A stretch of 24,000 bases of DNA from Candidatus Acidiferrales bacterium (GTDB taxonomy: Bacteria; Acidobacteriota; Terriglobia; Acidiferrales; UBA7541), in the NCBI GenBank assembly GCA_035279845.1, contig DATEGW010000189.1:1-24000 (forward strand), in the 5' to 3' direction. Shown piece by piece: positions 1 to 7,998 of the stretch. The translations under genes and the position numbers were made by a program. Position 1 is the first letter of the stretch; each line of letters opens with the position of its first letter. The notes under the pieces are model-generated. The model did no database searches, was not told where the DNA came from, and was given only the letters and a program-made list of their open reading frames with translations.

Positions 1-722
1 TGCACGCGGACCTCGCGAATTCCGGCGCGGAGCTTCACTTCCCCGCCCTGCCGGGCGATCGAGTCGGCGCAGCCGCGATAAAGCTCGGCGAGCGGCACCG
101 AGGGGAGCCCGATTAACGATCCTTCGCGATTTGCCAAGAACGTCTTCCAGAAAACGTCGATTCCATAGCGCGCTTCGGCGCGGTCGAGTTCTTCATCGAG
201 AGCGCTAACGAGCACGACACGCCAAAACTTTGCGATGGCCGCCGGCGTTTGCCGCATGCGCTCGAGCCATTCGAGCATCGTGACGCCTTCGATGCCTGGC
301 GGCGAGCCGCCCGCGCGGGCGATCGCAATCAGCGCGCGGGAAATGCCGCGCTTATCGGCAGTTGAAAGCGCGCCGAAAAACATCATCGAGGGCGCCATGT
401 GAAGCGGCGGCGGCAAGATGCCGGATTTCATTGTGCCTCGCGCGCCGAGGCTGTCCATCAGGTACATCCGGTCGTAGGTGCGAATCTTTTTGTCCGCGCC
501 GACGCGACGAAAAAAATCCGCGAGGTTCGTACAACAACCGAGCGTCAGGTGCTGGCAATTATCGACTTCGCTGCCGTCAGGCAGCGTGTACGACGTGGCG
601 CGGCCTCCAAGATGCGGCTTTTTTTCGAACAATCGGACGCGAAGTCCAGACTCAGCCAGCGCGACGGCGCAGGACATCCCGGCCAGACCGCCGCCGATCA
701 CCAGAACGCTTTGCGAGCGCAT
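1..722 (-). CDS. hpnE: HpnE, squalene-associated FAD-dependent desaturase / hydroxysqualene dehydroxylase. 5' portion only, about 240 codons; the gene continues past the left window edge.
   Basis: Absent from the ORF track because there is no in-window stop. Translating the minus strand by hand from ATG at 722-720 gives MRSQSVLVIGGGLAGMSCAVALAESGLRVRLFEKKPHLGGRATSYTLPDGSEVDNCQHL. This shows a GxGxxG FAD Rossmann motif and a DNxQH motif typical of phytoene-desaturase-like HpnE. It sits directly downstream of hpnC/hpnD, as in canonical hpnCDE. An in-frame TGA lies 7 codons upstream of the ATG. Confidence 0.85.
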   Translation of the reverse strand, partial: MRSQSVLVIGGGLAGMSCAVALAESGLRVRLFEKKPHLGGRATSYTLPDGSEVDNCQHLTLGCCTNLADFFRRVGADKKIRTYDRMYLMDSLGARGTMKSGILPPPLHMAPSMMFFGALSTADKRGISRALIAIARAGGSPPGIEGVTMLEWLERMRQTPAAIAKFWRVVLVSALDEELDRAEARYGIDVFWKTFLANREGSLIGLPSVPLAELYRGCADSIARQGGEVKLRAGIREVRV

Positions 723-2565
723 CCCTTTTCCACCAGCCACTCATTCCCGCCACGACGAGATATTGAATTTTTTCCGCACTCGAGAGCGAGACGCGGGATG
801 AGAAAACATCGAAACCATCTTCTTCGATTCGAGCAAGCAGCGTGCTGTAGGTGCGAACCAAAGCCCAAAGCGTGGCGCGGCTTTCAGAATTGACCATGTG
901 GACGAGCGGAGCGCCCACGCCATAGAGCCGCCACGCGCGATCGGCTTCGAAAGCGAGCAACTCGCTGAGCGCAGGCGTCAGCGGGCCACGCAAATCTTCG
1001 GCACGGCAACCAAATCGCGCGAGATCTTCTTCGGGGAGATACACACGGCCCATTTCGAAGTCGCTGCGCACATCGCGAATAATGTTCGTCAATTGGAACG
1101 CGAGCCCGAGGCGTTCGGCAAGATCGGGCGCATGCGGGTCGCGAAATCCGAAAACGTGAAGGCAGGTGAGGCCTACCGTCCCCGCTACACGATAACAATA
1201 CTCCGAAAGACGGTCGAAAGTCGCGTAAGAGTTTATGGTGAGATCCATTTCGGCACCAAGGATCAGGTCATGGAAGTACCGGGACGGCATCTCGTAGCGC
1301 GCCATAGTATCGGCGAGCGCCGGCAAAATTGCGTGGCCTGTCGTGCGTCCCGAGGTGGCTTCATCGAGCAGCGCGCGCCAACGGGCGAGACCGGCACGCT
1401 TAGCGTCCAAGCCGCCGGGATCGTCGGAGACGTCATCGACAAGGCGCATGAACGCGTAGAGAGCACAGAGCGCGTTACGCTTCGGCTTGGGCAGGCCGAA
1501 AAATGCAAGATAAAAGCTGCTCTTTGATGCGCGTGCAATGCGATTGCATTCGGCGTATGACTGCGCAATGCGAGCCTCGGAATCTCTTCCGCCGGAAACC
1601 TGCAGGTGGGGTGTTCGGGCGGAGATATCGGCGACCGAGGAGGATTCCTTCGTAGACAAGGCCAACATCTTCCCTGCTAAAGCACCGCCGACCAATTTCA
1701 GCTTCGTGGCTTTCGAAAGCGCAGGGCGATGATTCAGCGTGTTGTAGCCGGAGCGCTCGATTGCATCGAGAATCGCGAGTCCGCCGCGGCTGAACAGCTC
1801 GATATCGACGCGCAAGTGCGAGTCAACACGGCGGGCAAGCGGCAAGCCGGAACGAAAGAGTTCGCGGGTGCGCTCGATGAGCGATTTCATCAATGAGACA
1901 TATCGCTCATCGAAGTTGCGCGAGACGATTTCGCTTTCGGAAAGCCCGTGTGCGCCCAGTTCGCAGACGGGGATATAAATGCGGCCCTTTTCCAAATCGC
2001 GTGAGACATCCTGCCAGAAATTCGCGAGTTGCAGCGCTGTGCAGGTGAAGTCCGAAAGGCGCTGAAGTTCATCATCACGATAGCCGCAAAGATAAAGGAC
2101 AAGCCGGCCGACGGGATTCGCGGAATAAATACAATAATTGTAGACGCCTTCCCACGTCGCGTAGCGATGGACAGTCTGGTCCTGGCGAAAAGCGCGTAGC
2201 AAATCGCTGAATGGTTCGATTGGAATCTGGCTGGCGCGAATCGTTTCTCGAAGTGCGATTAGCACGGGATGCCCTGGTCCCGAACCGCGGATGTAAATCG
2301 AGCGAAGCTCGTCTTCCCAGGCGTCGAGCAGTTTCAACGCGCGCGCGGCATCGGGCACTTCGTCACCTAGATCGTCCGACCAGCGGCAATAGGCATAAAC
2401 ATTGTAAAAATGCTGGTGCAGCCGCTTCGGCAAGAGCCACGAGACGACATTGAAATTCTCGTAATGATGCGTGGCGAGCCAGCGCGTGTAGCGCTGAGCC
2501 TCTTCGGCGCCGCAGTTTTCGCGCGGGAGGTTTTTCGCAATTTCGAGTTCCGGCGTAGGAAGCAT
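652..2565 (-). CDS. hpnCD: Fused HpnC-HpnD squalene-synthase-like protein, 637 aa. The N-terminal domain is HpnC-like (hydroxysqualene synthase) and the C-terminal domain is HpnD-like (presqualene diphosphate synthase).
   Basis: One uninterrupted ORF with an ATG start. It contains two complete SQS_PSY-type domains, each with two Asp-rich motifs. Domain 1 has WSDDLGD (aa 62-68) and QDVSRD...GRIYIP (aa 185-199). Domain 2 has LVDDVSDD (aa 375-382) and NIIRDVRSDFEMGRVYLP. A Ser/Gly-rich linker spans about aa 303-333 (nt about 1567-1659). Domain order matches the usual hpnC-hpnD gene order. Confidence 0.9.
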   Translation of the reverse strand: MLPTPELEIAKNLPRENCGAEEAQRYTRWLATHHYENFNVVSWLLPKRLHQHFYNVYAYCRWSDDLGDEVPDAARALKLLDAWEDELRSIYIRGSGPGHPVLIALRETIRASQIPIEPFSDLLRAFRQDQTVHRYATWEGVYNYCIYSANPVGRLVLYLCGYRDDELQRLSDFTCTALQLANFWQDVSRDLEKGRIYIPVCELGAHGLSESEIVSRNFDERYVSLMKSLIERTRELFRSGLPLARRVDSHLRVDIELFSRGGLAILDAIERSGYNTLNHRPALSKATKLKLVGGALAGKMLALSTKESSSVADISARTPHLQVSGGRDSEARIAQSYAECNRIARASKSSFYLAFFGLPKPKRNALCALYAFMRLVDDVSDDPGGLDAKRAGLARWRALLDEATSGRTTGHAILPALADTMARYEMPSRYFHDLILGAEMDLTINSYATFDRLSEYCYRVAGTVGLTCLHVFGFRDPHAPDLAERLGLAFQLTNIIRDVRSDFEMGRVYLPEEDLARFGCRAEDLRGPLTPALSELLAFEADRAWRLYGVGAPLVHMVNSESRATLWALVRTYSTLLARIEEDGFDVFSSRVSLSSAEKIQYLVVAGMSGWWKRDALAKRSGDRRRSGRDVLRRRAG

Positions 2566-2586
2566 TCTCGTCGGGCGAGCGAAGCT

Positions 2587-3708
2587 CTACGGAACGATCG
2601 CAGTCTTGAGTTGGCCGTTTCGTTCCTTCATTTGCTCAAAAATTTTGGGGAGGCTCGACAGCGGCGCCGTTGCGGTAATCAGGTCCGAGGCGCGAATCTC
2701 GCCGCGCGCGATGGCGTCGAGCGCCTTACGCATAAAGCGCGGCGTGTGATGAAAGGTGGATTTCACGGTGATTTCCGAATAGTGCAAAGCCCACGGGTCA
2801 AGCTTTACCTCGGCGTCTTTGGCACACCCGGCAAAGAGGTTTATTGTTCCGCCCTTGCGCGCCATCTGCATGGCCCATTCCCATGTGGCGGGCTGGCCTG
2901 CCGCCTCGATCACGGCATCGGTTCCGCGCGACTTCTCCGTGAAAGCACAGACGGCTTCGGCAGGATCGTCTACTTTAGACGCATCGACCACATGCATCGC
3001 GCCCATTTGGGCGGCCAAATCCAACTGGCTCTTTCGCCGTGCGACGGCGATGACGGAAGCCTTGCGTTGCGAGAGTATGCGGATGAATTTCAAGCCAATG
3101 GGGCCGCAGCCGATCACGGCGACCGTGTCACCCGGCTGAATGCCGGTCTCATGAATTCCTCGCAGCACACACGCCAGCGGCTCGGCGAGCGCGGCATCCT
3201 GAAAAGAGACATGATCGGGAATCTCGAGCATATTCTGGCGAACGATACGGCCCGGGACACGGATGTACTCGGCGTACGCACCGTTGTTGAAGAGAAGATC
3301 TTCGCAGAGGTTAGTCTTCCCTTTTCGGCAATAGAAACACTGTTCGCAAGGCGCAGAGTTCGCCGGCACGACCCGCTGGCCTACGCGAACGCCGTGAGGC
3401 ACCGCGCTGCCGACTGCCGCAATAGTCCCCGCCAACTCATGGCCGAAAACCGCCGGCGGCGTGATCATGCGCGCATGGAAGCCCTGCTTCCAGACCTTCA
3501 GATCGGTACCGTCAGTAAGCGCCACGCCAACGCGAACGAGAACTTCGTCCTCGGCAATCTGCGGAACGGAAACGCGCTCGATGCGCATGTCCTCGCGGCC
3601 ATGGAGGACGGCGGCGGTCATCAAGTCGAGGCCGACGGTGCTTTGCGGCGCTTCTTCGATTGTCTTCACGGAAGCTTTGGCGCTCATTTCACGCTCATTG
3701 ATGCACAA
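2587..3708 (-). CDS. Divergent zinc-type medium-chain dehydrogenase/reductase (MDR, polyol/sugar/threonine dehydrogenase-like), probably NADP(H)-dependent.
   Basis: Contains GHELAG (aa 89-94), a structural-zinc lobe CEQCFYCRKGKTNLC (CxxCxxCx7C), and the Rossmann motif VIGCGPIG followed by IAVARRKS. The expected catalytic-Zn motif CGxCGTD reads ALTDGTD. The track start at 3708 is a TTG. An ATG at 3687 (MSAKAS) or at 3621 (MTAAVLHG, a typical MDR N-terminus) may be the real start. The stop lies 21 nt upstream of the hpnC-D start. Confidence 0.85.
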   Translation of the reverse strand: MCINEREMSAKASVKTIEEAPQSTVGLDLMTAAVLHGREDMRIERVSVPQIAEDEVLVRVGVALTDGTDLKVWKQGFHARMITPPAVFGHELAGTIAAVGSAVPHGVRVGQRVVPANSAPCEQCFYCRKGKTNLCEDLLFNNGAYAEYIRVPGRIVRQNMLEIPDHVSFQDAALAEPLACVLRGIHETGIQPGDTVAVIGCGPIGLKFIRILSQRKASVIAVARRKSQLDLAAQMGAMHVVDASKVDDPAEAVCAFTEKSRGTDAVIEAAGQPATWEWAMQMARKGGTINLFAGCAKDAEVKLDPWALHYSEITVKSTFHHTPRFMRKALDAIARGEIRASDLITATAPLSSLPKIFEQMKERNGQLKTAIVP

Positions 3709-4804
3709 TCACGACTTTCAATGTACTTTCCGTTGGATGCGCGGCGAGCTCGATGGCTTCCGCGATTCGCTCCAGCGGGAAGCGGTGTGAAATCAAGTCG
3801 CGCAAGGGAAGCTTCCGGCCAAACACGATAGCCGCGGATTCGGCCTGATCGTCTACCGAAGCGCTGTACGCACCGAGAATTTCTTTCTCCTCAATCCCAA
3901 TTGCGGACGCCTGAAATTCGATTCGGAGGACAGGGTCGTTGTGGGCAAAAAGGAGGACGCGCCCTCCGGGGCGCAGAATGGAAAGCGCTTCCTCGACAAG
4001 AGCGGGCATTGGAGCGGCGAGGAGCACGACGTCAGCTCCTCGGTTTTCCGTGCGGCGCAGCATCTCTTCGCGCAGATTCACGGCCTTCGGATCGAAGCAT
4101 TGAAGCGCACCAAAACGTTCGCTGGCGGCGCGGCGGTTGACCATCGGATCACTCGCAAAGACTTGCGCGCCTTCGTATCGAGCCAGCAGCATGAGGAGCA
4201 TACCGATGGGACCCTGACCGATCACAAGCGCAGTCTCGCCCTTTGTCACTCGAGCCTTGCGGACGGCGCGCAGACAAGTATTCACGGGCTCGACAAAGGT
4301 GGCCTCTTCGAAAGTGACGTGATCGGGCACAACAATCATGCCGCGCTCGACGATCCAGGGCATTGCGCGGACATATTGCGCGAAGCCACCGCCGTTCGGA
4401 TCACCTGTACCCGCTGTGAGCCCGGTGCGCTTGAACGTAGCGCATTGCGAAAAGAGTTTTCGCTCGCAGTAGAAGCATTTGCTGCACGGGATATGGTGAA
4501 AGCTGACGACGCGATCGCCTGCTTTGAATTTGCTGACGCCGGCGCCGACGGAAACGACCGTGCCGGCCAGCTCGTGTCCCAAGATTTGCGGAGGGGGGAC
4601 GAAACCATAGCGGATCTTTTTAATGTCCGTTCCGCAGATGCCGCAAGCGGCGACGCGGAACAGGACTTCACCGGGCCCGATCTCGGGGATGGGCACCGTC
4701 TCGACGATTACACGATCTTTACCGCGGTAGACACCCGCACGCATCGATCCTAAACGGGAACCGTTGGGATCGACGCTATCGACCTGTGCGCTAAGATGAC
4801 TCAT
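3695..4804 (-). CDS. Zinc-dependent medium-chain alcohol/polyol dehydrogenase (MDR, sorbitol/threonine dehydrogenase-like), probably NAD-dependent.
   Basis: Contains the canonical ACGICGTD (Cys57 as Zn ligand), GHELAG (His77/Glu78), a structural-zinc lobe CSKCFYCERKLFSQC, and GQGPIG followed by VFASD (acidic residue at the end of beta-2). An alternative start is ATG 4744 (MRAGVYRG), which is preceded by AGGA and matches typical MDR N-termini. Confidence 0.88.
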   Translation of the reverse strand: MSHLSAQVDSVDPNGSRLGSMRAGVYRGKDRVIVETVPIPEIGPGEVLFRVAACGICGTDIKKIRYGFVPPPQILGHELAGTVVSVGAGVSKFKAGDRVVSFHHIPCSKCFYCERKLFSQCATFKRTGLTAGTGDPNGGGFAQYVRAMPWIVERGMIVVPDHVTFEEATFVEPVNTCLRAVRKARVTKGETALVIGQGPIGMLLMLLARYEGAQVFASDPMVNRRAASERFGALQCFDPKAVNLREEMLRRTENRGADVVLLAAPMPALVEEALSILRPGGRVLLFAHNDPVLRIEFQASAIGIEEKEILGAYSASVDDQAESAAIVFGRKLPLRDLISHRFPLERIAEAIELAAHPTESTLKVVIVHQ

Positions 4805-5041
4805 ATCGAGAATGAATGCGAATAAGAATACGCTGACTACGAAATCTCAGTGGCCGAGCTCGCCGCTTCTCTAAAAACCGCTTGTGAATCCAATTATACC
4901 CAATTATCGATTGCAACCCATCGAATCCGGCGAACGCTTCCCAAATCGCAATGCGCCTCGAGGAATAGGGAGCCCGGTTGAGGCGCCCAATACATCTTAG
5001 TAACCCTGCGCCGCTTTGCAAGTACCGTCTTCCTTGTACCG

Positions 5042-5788
5042 CTAAGCGCTGCGGAGGACGAGGTGCGCGACGCGCGAGATCCGCTCGATGTATCCGTCAA
5101 GAAAACGCGCAAGAGCTTCCGCAGCCGCCTTGCTGTCGCGGCCTAATTTCATCAGCGAAGCGATTTGTCCCGGCCTTCCGGCAACGAGTTTCATCACGCG
5201 CGGAATGGACACTTGGCCGCGTTCGTCGAGCGTCGAACTCAAGTCCAGCGGCAGGGCCTGATCGTGGCGGTCGGAAATAGCACGAATCGCGATCGTTGGA
5301 ATTTTGAGGCGCAGCGCCGATGCGAGGACGCTGAAGCTTTCCATGTCTACTGCGTCGGCTCCTTCGCCGAGGCGATGCTTTTCCTCGACGGTCGTCGCGA
5401 TACTCTCGGACGAAACCAATGTTTCTATGCTTTTGCCGCCTGTAGCGAGAGCTTCGGCGCATAAGGCTGAGTCACAAGCGAGCGGGGCCGATTCCTCGCC
5501 GGCGCGGCGAACCGTGTTCGGAATTACGATATTCCCCACTTCGAGTTCCGGGTGCAGCGCTCCGGACAAACCTGCGGCGACGACCGCAGAATATTCCGCG
5601 GATGCGACAGCTTCCATCGCGCGCGCGGCACGCGCCGGTCCCATTCCGCTCACGACAAACTCGACGGTTGCACCGGCGATTTGCGTGCGGCGAGTCATAA
5701 AATCGCCGGCGGTAGATTCGCTAAATTTGTGCAGTTTTCGCCATGGATCGAATTCAGGCTCGACTGCATAGACGACAAGAATTCTCAT
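5042..5788 (-). CDS. hpnG: HpnG, hopanoid-associated purine nucleoside phosphorylase-family enzyme (adenosylhopane nucleosidase).
   Basis: 248 aa with an ATG start. It has PNP/MTAN-family features (MRILVVYAVEPE N-terminus, GLSGAL, AVDMES). It sits 21 nt downstream of hpnA inside an hpn block. Confidence 0.85.
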   Translation of the reverse strand: MRILVVYAVEPEFDPWRKLHKFSESTAGDFMTRRTQIAGATVEFVVSGMGPARAARAMEAVASAEYSAVVAAGLSGALHPELEVGNIVIPNTVRRAGEESAPLACDSALCAEALATGGKSIETLVSSESIATTVEEKHRLGEGADAVDMESFSVLASALRLKIPTIAIRAISDRHDQALPLDLSSTLDERGQVSIPRVMKLVAGRPGQIASLMKLGRDSKAAAEALARFLDGYIERISRVAHLVLRSA

Positions 5789-5809
5789 GAGTTCGGCACG
5801 CGACGGACA

Positions 5810-6841
5810 CTACGCGGCGTGCGCGCGAGCAATGGGCTTCGCGCCCTGCCCTCCGGCTGCGTAACCATGATCCTGATACCAGCGAATGGCGCGTTCAAAT
5901 GCTGGCTCGACCGGCCCGGGCGCGTAGCCCAGTTCTCGTGCAGCTTTGTCGCTCGCGACGAACATGCGATGGCGCGACATCTTCGCGCCTTCCAGCGGAA
6001 TTTGCGGTTCGCCACCCGTGAAGCGGGCGTAAAGCTCGCTCGCATGCGCAGCGGCAATCGCTACGGCGTGCGGCAGACGGACGCGCGGGGCTGGGCGACC
6101 GGCAATAGTGGCGAGCGTATTGAGGATTTGTTTCAGCGTCATGTTGCGGGCACCAAGCAGGTAGCGTTCGCCAACGCGGCCCTTTTCCGCGGCGAGAAGG
6201 TGACCTGCCGCGATGTCTTCAACGGCAGCGATATTGAGCCCAGTGTCGACGTATGCAGGCATTTTGCCATTCAGGAAATCGACAATAATGCGGCCGGTTG
6301 GAGTGGGCTTCCAATCGCCAGGTCCCACGGGCGTGGTAGGATTCACGATTACGACTGGCAGACCATCGGCCGCGGCTTTGATCGCTTCTAATTCGGCCAT
6401 GAATTTCGAACGCTTGTAATGTCCGACCATCTGGTCGAGGGTAGCGTGCGTTTCCTCGCTGGGCAGCATTCCGTTCGGCGTTGGCACAGCCATTGTGGCC
6501 ACTGTGCTGGTGTAAACGATGCGTTCGACGCCGCTTTGGCGCGCCGCTTCGAACAGGCTCCCTGTGCCTTCGACGTTGCTCCGATAAATCTCTTCCGGAT
6601 TGCGTGACCAAAGGCGGTAATCGGCGGCGACGTGAAAGACGCGGCGAATTCCCTTCATTGCGCGGCCAAGCGAAAGAATATCGCGGAGGTCGCCTTGGCA
6701 GCGTTCGACATGGAGGTCTCGAATTAAGAGCGGATTGCTGCCCGCACGCACGAGTACGCGGACAGAGTCGCCAGATTCAACGAGTTGCCTGGCTACGTGG
6801 CTCCCCACGAACCCCGTGGCACCCGTTACAAGAACGTTCAT
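5810..6841 (-). CDS. hpnA: HpnA, hopanoid-associated NAD-dependent sugar epimerase/dehydratase-family (extended SDR) protein.
   Basis: 343 aa. Contains VTGATGFVGSHV (GxxGxxG) and the catalytic YKRSK (YxxxK). Its ATG overlaps the hpnH stop in an ATGA arrangement (6838-6841), implying translational coupling. Confidence 0.88.
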   Translation of the reverse strand: MNVLVTGATGFVGSHVARQLVESGDSVRVLVRAGSNPLLIRDLHVERCQGDLRDILSLGRAMKGIRRVFHVAADYRLWSRNPEEIYRSNVEGTGSLFEAARQSGVERIVYTSTVATMAVPTPNGMLPSEETHATLDQMVGHYKRSKFMAELEAIKAAADGLPVVIVNPTTPVGPGDWKPTPTGRIIVDFLNGKMPAYVDTGLNIAAVEDIAAGHLLAAEKGRVGERYLLGARNMTLKQILNTLATIAGRPAPRVRLPHAVAIAAAHASELYARFTGGEPQIPLEGAKMSRHRMFVASDKAARELGYAPGPVEPAFERAIRWYQDHGYAAGGQGAKPIARAHAA

Positions 6842-7980
6842 AAAATGCGGAAGGCCTCGTTCTCGTGCTTGGGAGGAGGAACATGCGCCGAGGCGTGCCC
6901 TACGGCATGACCGCCGCCGTTGCCAGGCTTGCGATCATTGCCCGATTTTGACGAGCGGTCTTTCAGAATGCCGCCCATCTTGCCGGACAGCGTCCACTTA
7001 AGCATCTTCCAGGTGTCCCCGAATTTTTTATTGCCGCCGATTACCGCGGATGCCTCATAGCCCGCGTGGACCATGCAATCCTCGCAGCGGGGATCGCGCC
7101 CACGGCCGTATTTTTCCCACGGAGTCTTTTCGAGCAGCTCGTCGTAGGTTTTATAGTGCGTATCGGTCATCAGATAGCAAGGGCCTTTCCAGCCGCGGGG
7201 ATTGTAAGTGGGATTGCCCCAGGCAGTGCACATCAGCTCGCGCTCGCCCCGGAGATATTCCATGTAAATCGGGGAGGTGACGATGTTATAGCGTTCGAGG
7301 AGCGCACTCGCCTGCCGGAATTTCTCGCGAATTTCATCGCGCGACATAAAGATTTCCTTCGTCATGACTGCAGCGTAGGAGTAGGCCGGCGAGATCATGT
7401 GGCCATCGACGCCCAGCGTTTGCAGATACGCAAGAAGCTCCGCTATTTCTTCAATGTCCGTCTCTTTGTAGATCGTTGTGTTCGAGGCGACCAGGAAACC
7501 AGCGGCTTTCGCGGCCTTAATACCTTCGATTGCCTCGCGAAACACGCCGTCTCGTTCGACGCAGATATCGTGTGTCTTCTCGAGGCCATCAAGGTGCACG
7601 TTAAAGAAGAAGCGCGAGGTCGGCTTGAATTCGTGCAGGCGCTTGCGAATAAACATGCCGTTAGTGCAGAGATAGATATGCTTCTTTTGCGCTAGTATCT
7701 CTTTCGTGAGGCGGCCGATTTCCGGATAGATCAGCGGTTCGCCGCCGCAGATAGAAACGATGGGCGTGCCGCACTCTTCGACAGCCTTCATACACTCTTC
7801 GACGGTGAGAATCTCATTAATCGTGGATTTATATTCGCGAATGCGACCGCAACCCGTGCACGTAAGATTGCAGGTGTGCAGCGGCTCGAGCATCATCACA
7901 AGCGAGAACTTCTTATCGCTCATGCCCTTCTTGGCGAGATATCCCGCCATGGTTGTGGTCATGCTTAAGGGAACTCTCAT
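6838..7980 (-). CDS. hpnH: HpnH, radical SAM adenosylhopane synthase (adenosyl-hopene transferase).
   Basis: 380 aa. Contains the radical SAM motif CNLTCTGCG (CxxxCxxC) near the N-terminus. The N-terminal stretch MRVPLSMTTTMAGYLAKKG...LEPLHTCNL resembles known HpnH. It starts 18 nt downstream of the shc stop. Confidence 0.92.
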   Translation of the reverse strand: MRVPLSMTTTMAGYLAKKGMSDKKFSLVMMLEPLHTCNLTCTGCGRIREYKSTINEILTVEECMKAVEECGTPIVSICGGEPLIYPEIGRLTKEILAQKKHIYLCTNGMFIRKRLHEFKPTSRFFFNVHLDGLEKTHDICVERDGVFREAIEGIKAAKAAGFLVASNTTIYKETDIEEIAELLAYLQTLGVDGHMISPAYSYAAVMTKEIFMSRDEIREKFRQASALLERYNIVTSPIYMEYLRGERELMCTAWGNPTYNPRGWKGPCYLMTDTHYKTYDELLEKTPWEKYGRGRDPRCEDCMVHAGYEASAVIGGNKKFGDTWKMLKWTLSGKMGGILKDRSSKSGNDRKPGNGGGHAVGHASAHVPPPKHENEAFRIL

Positions 7981-7998
7981 CCTCTATTATCTCCAATA

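Noticed and set aside
2410-3831. A long plus-strand ORF (473 aa). Similar antisense ORFs occur at 898-1527, 3941-4753, 5552-6391, 7066-7695, 8365-8967, 12675-13202 (minus), 14717-15733, 18676-19311 (minus) and 21526-22107 (minus).
   Set aside because: Each lies entirely opposite a gene with clear family motifs. Their translations are Arg/Ala/Pro/Gly-rich low-complexity sequences with no recognisable domains. This is the usual shadow-ORF artefact of GC-rich DNA.
4883-4909. A perfect TATAAT (minus strand, 4888-4883) with a TTGCAA nearby, in the 237-nt hpnG-dehydrogenase gap. It looked like a possible internal promoter.
   Set aside because: The TTGCAA is only 12 nt from the TATAAT, and no acceptable -35 lies at 16-18 nt. 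It may still be a -35-independent promoter, but sequence alone does not support the call.
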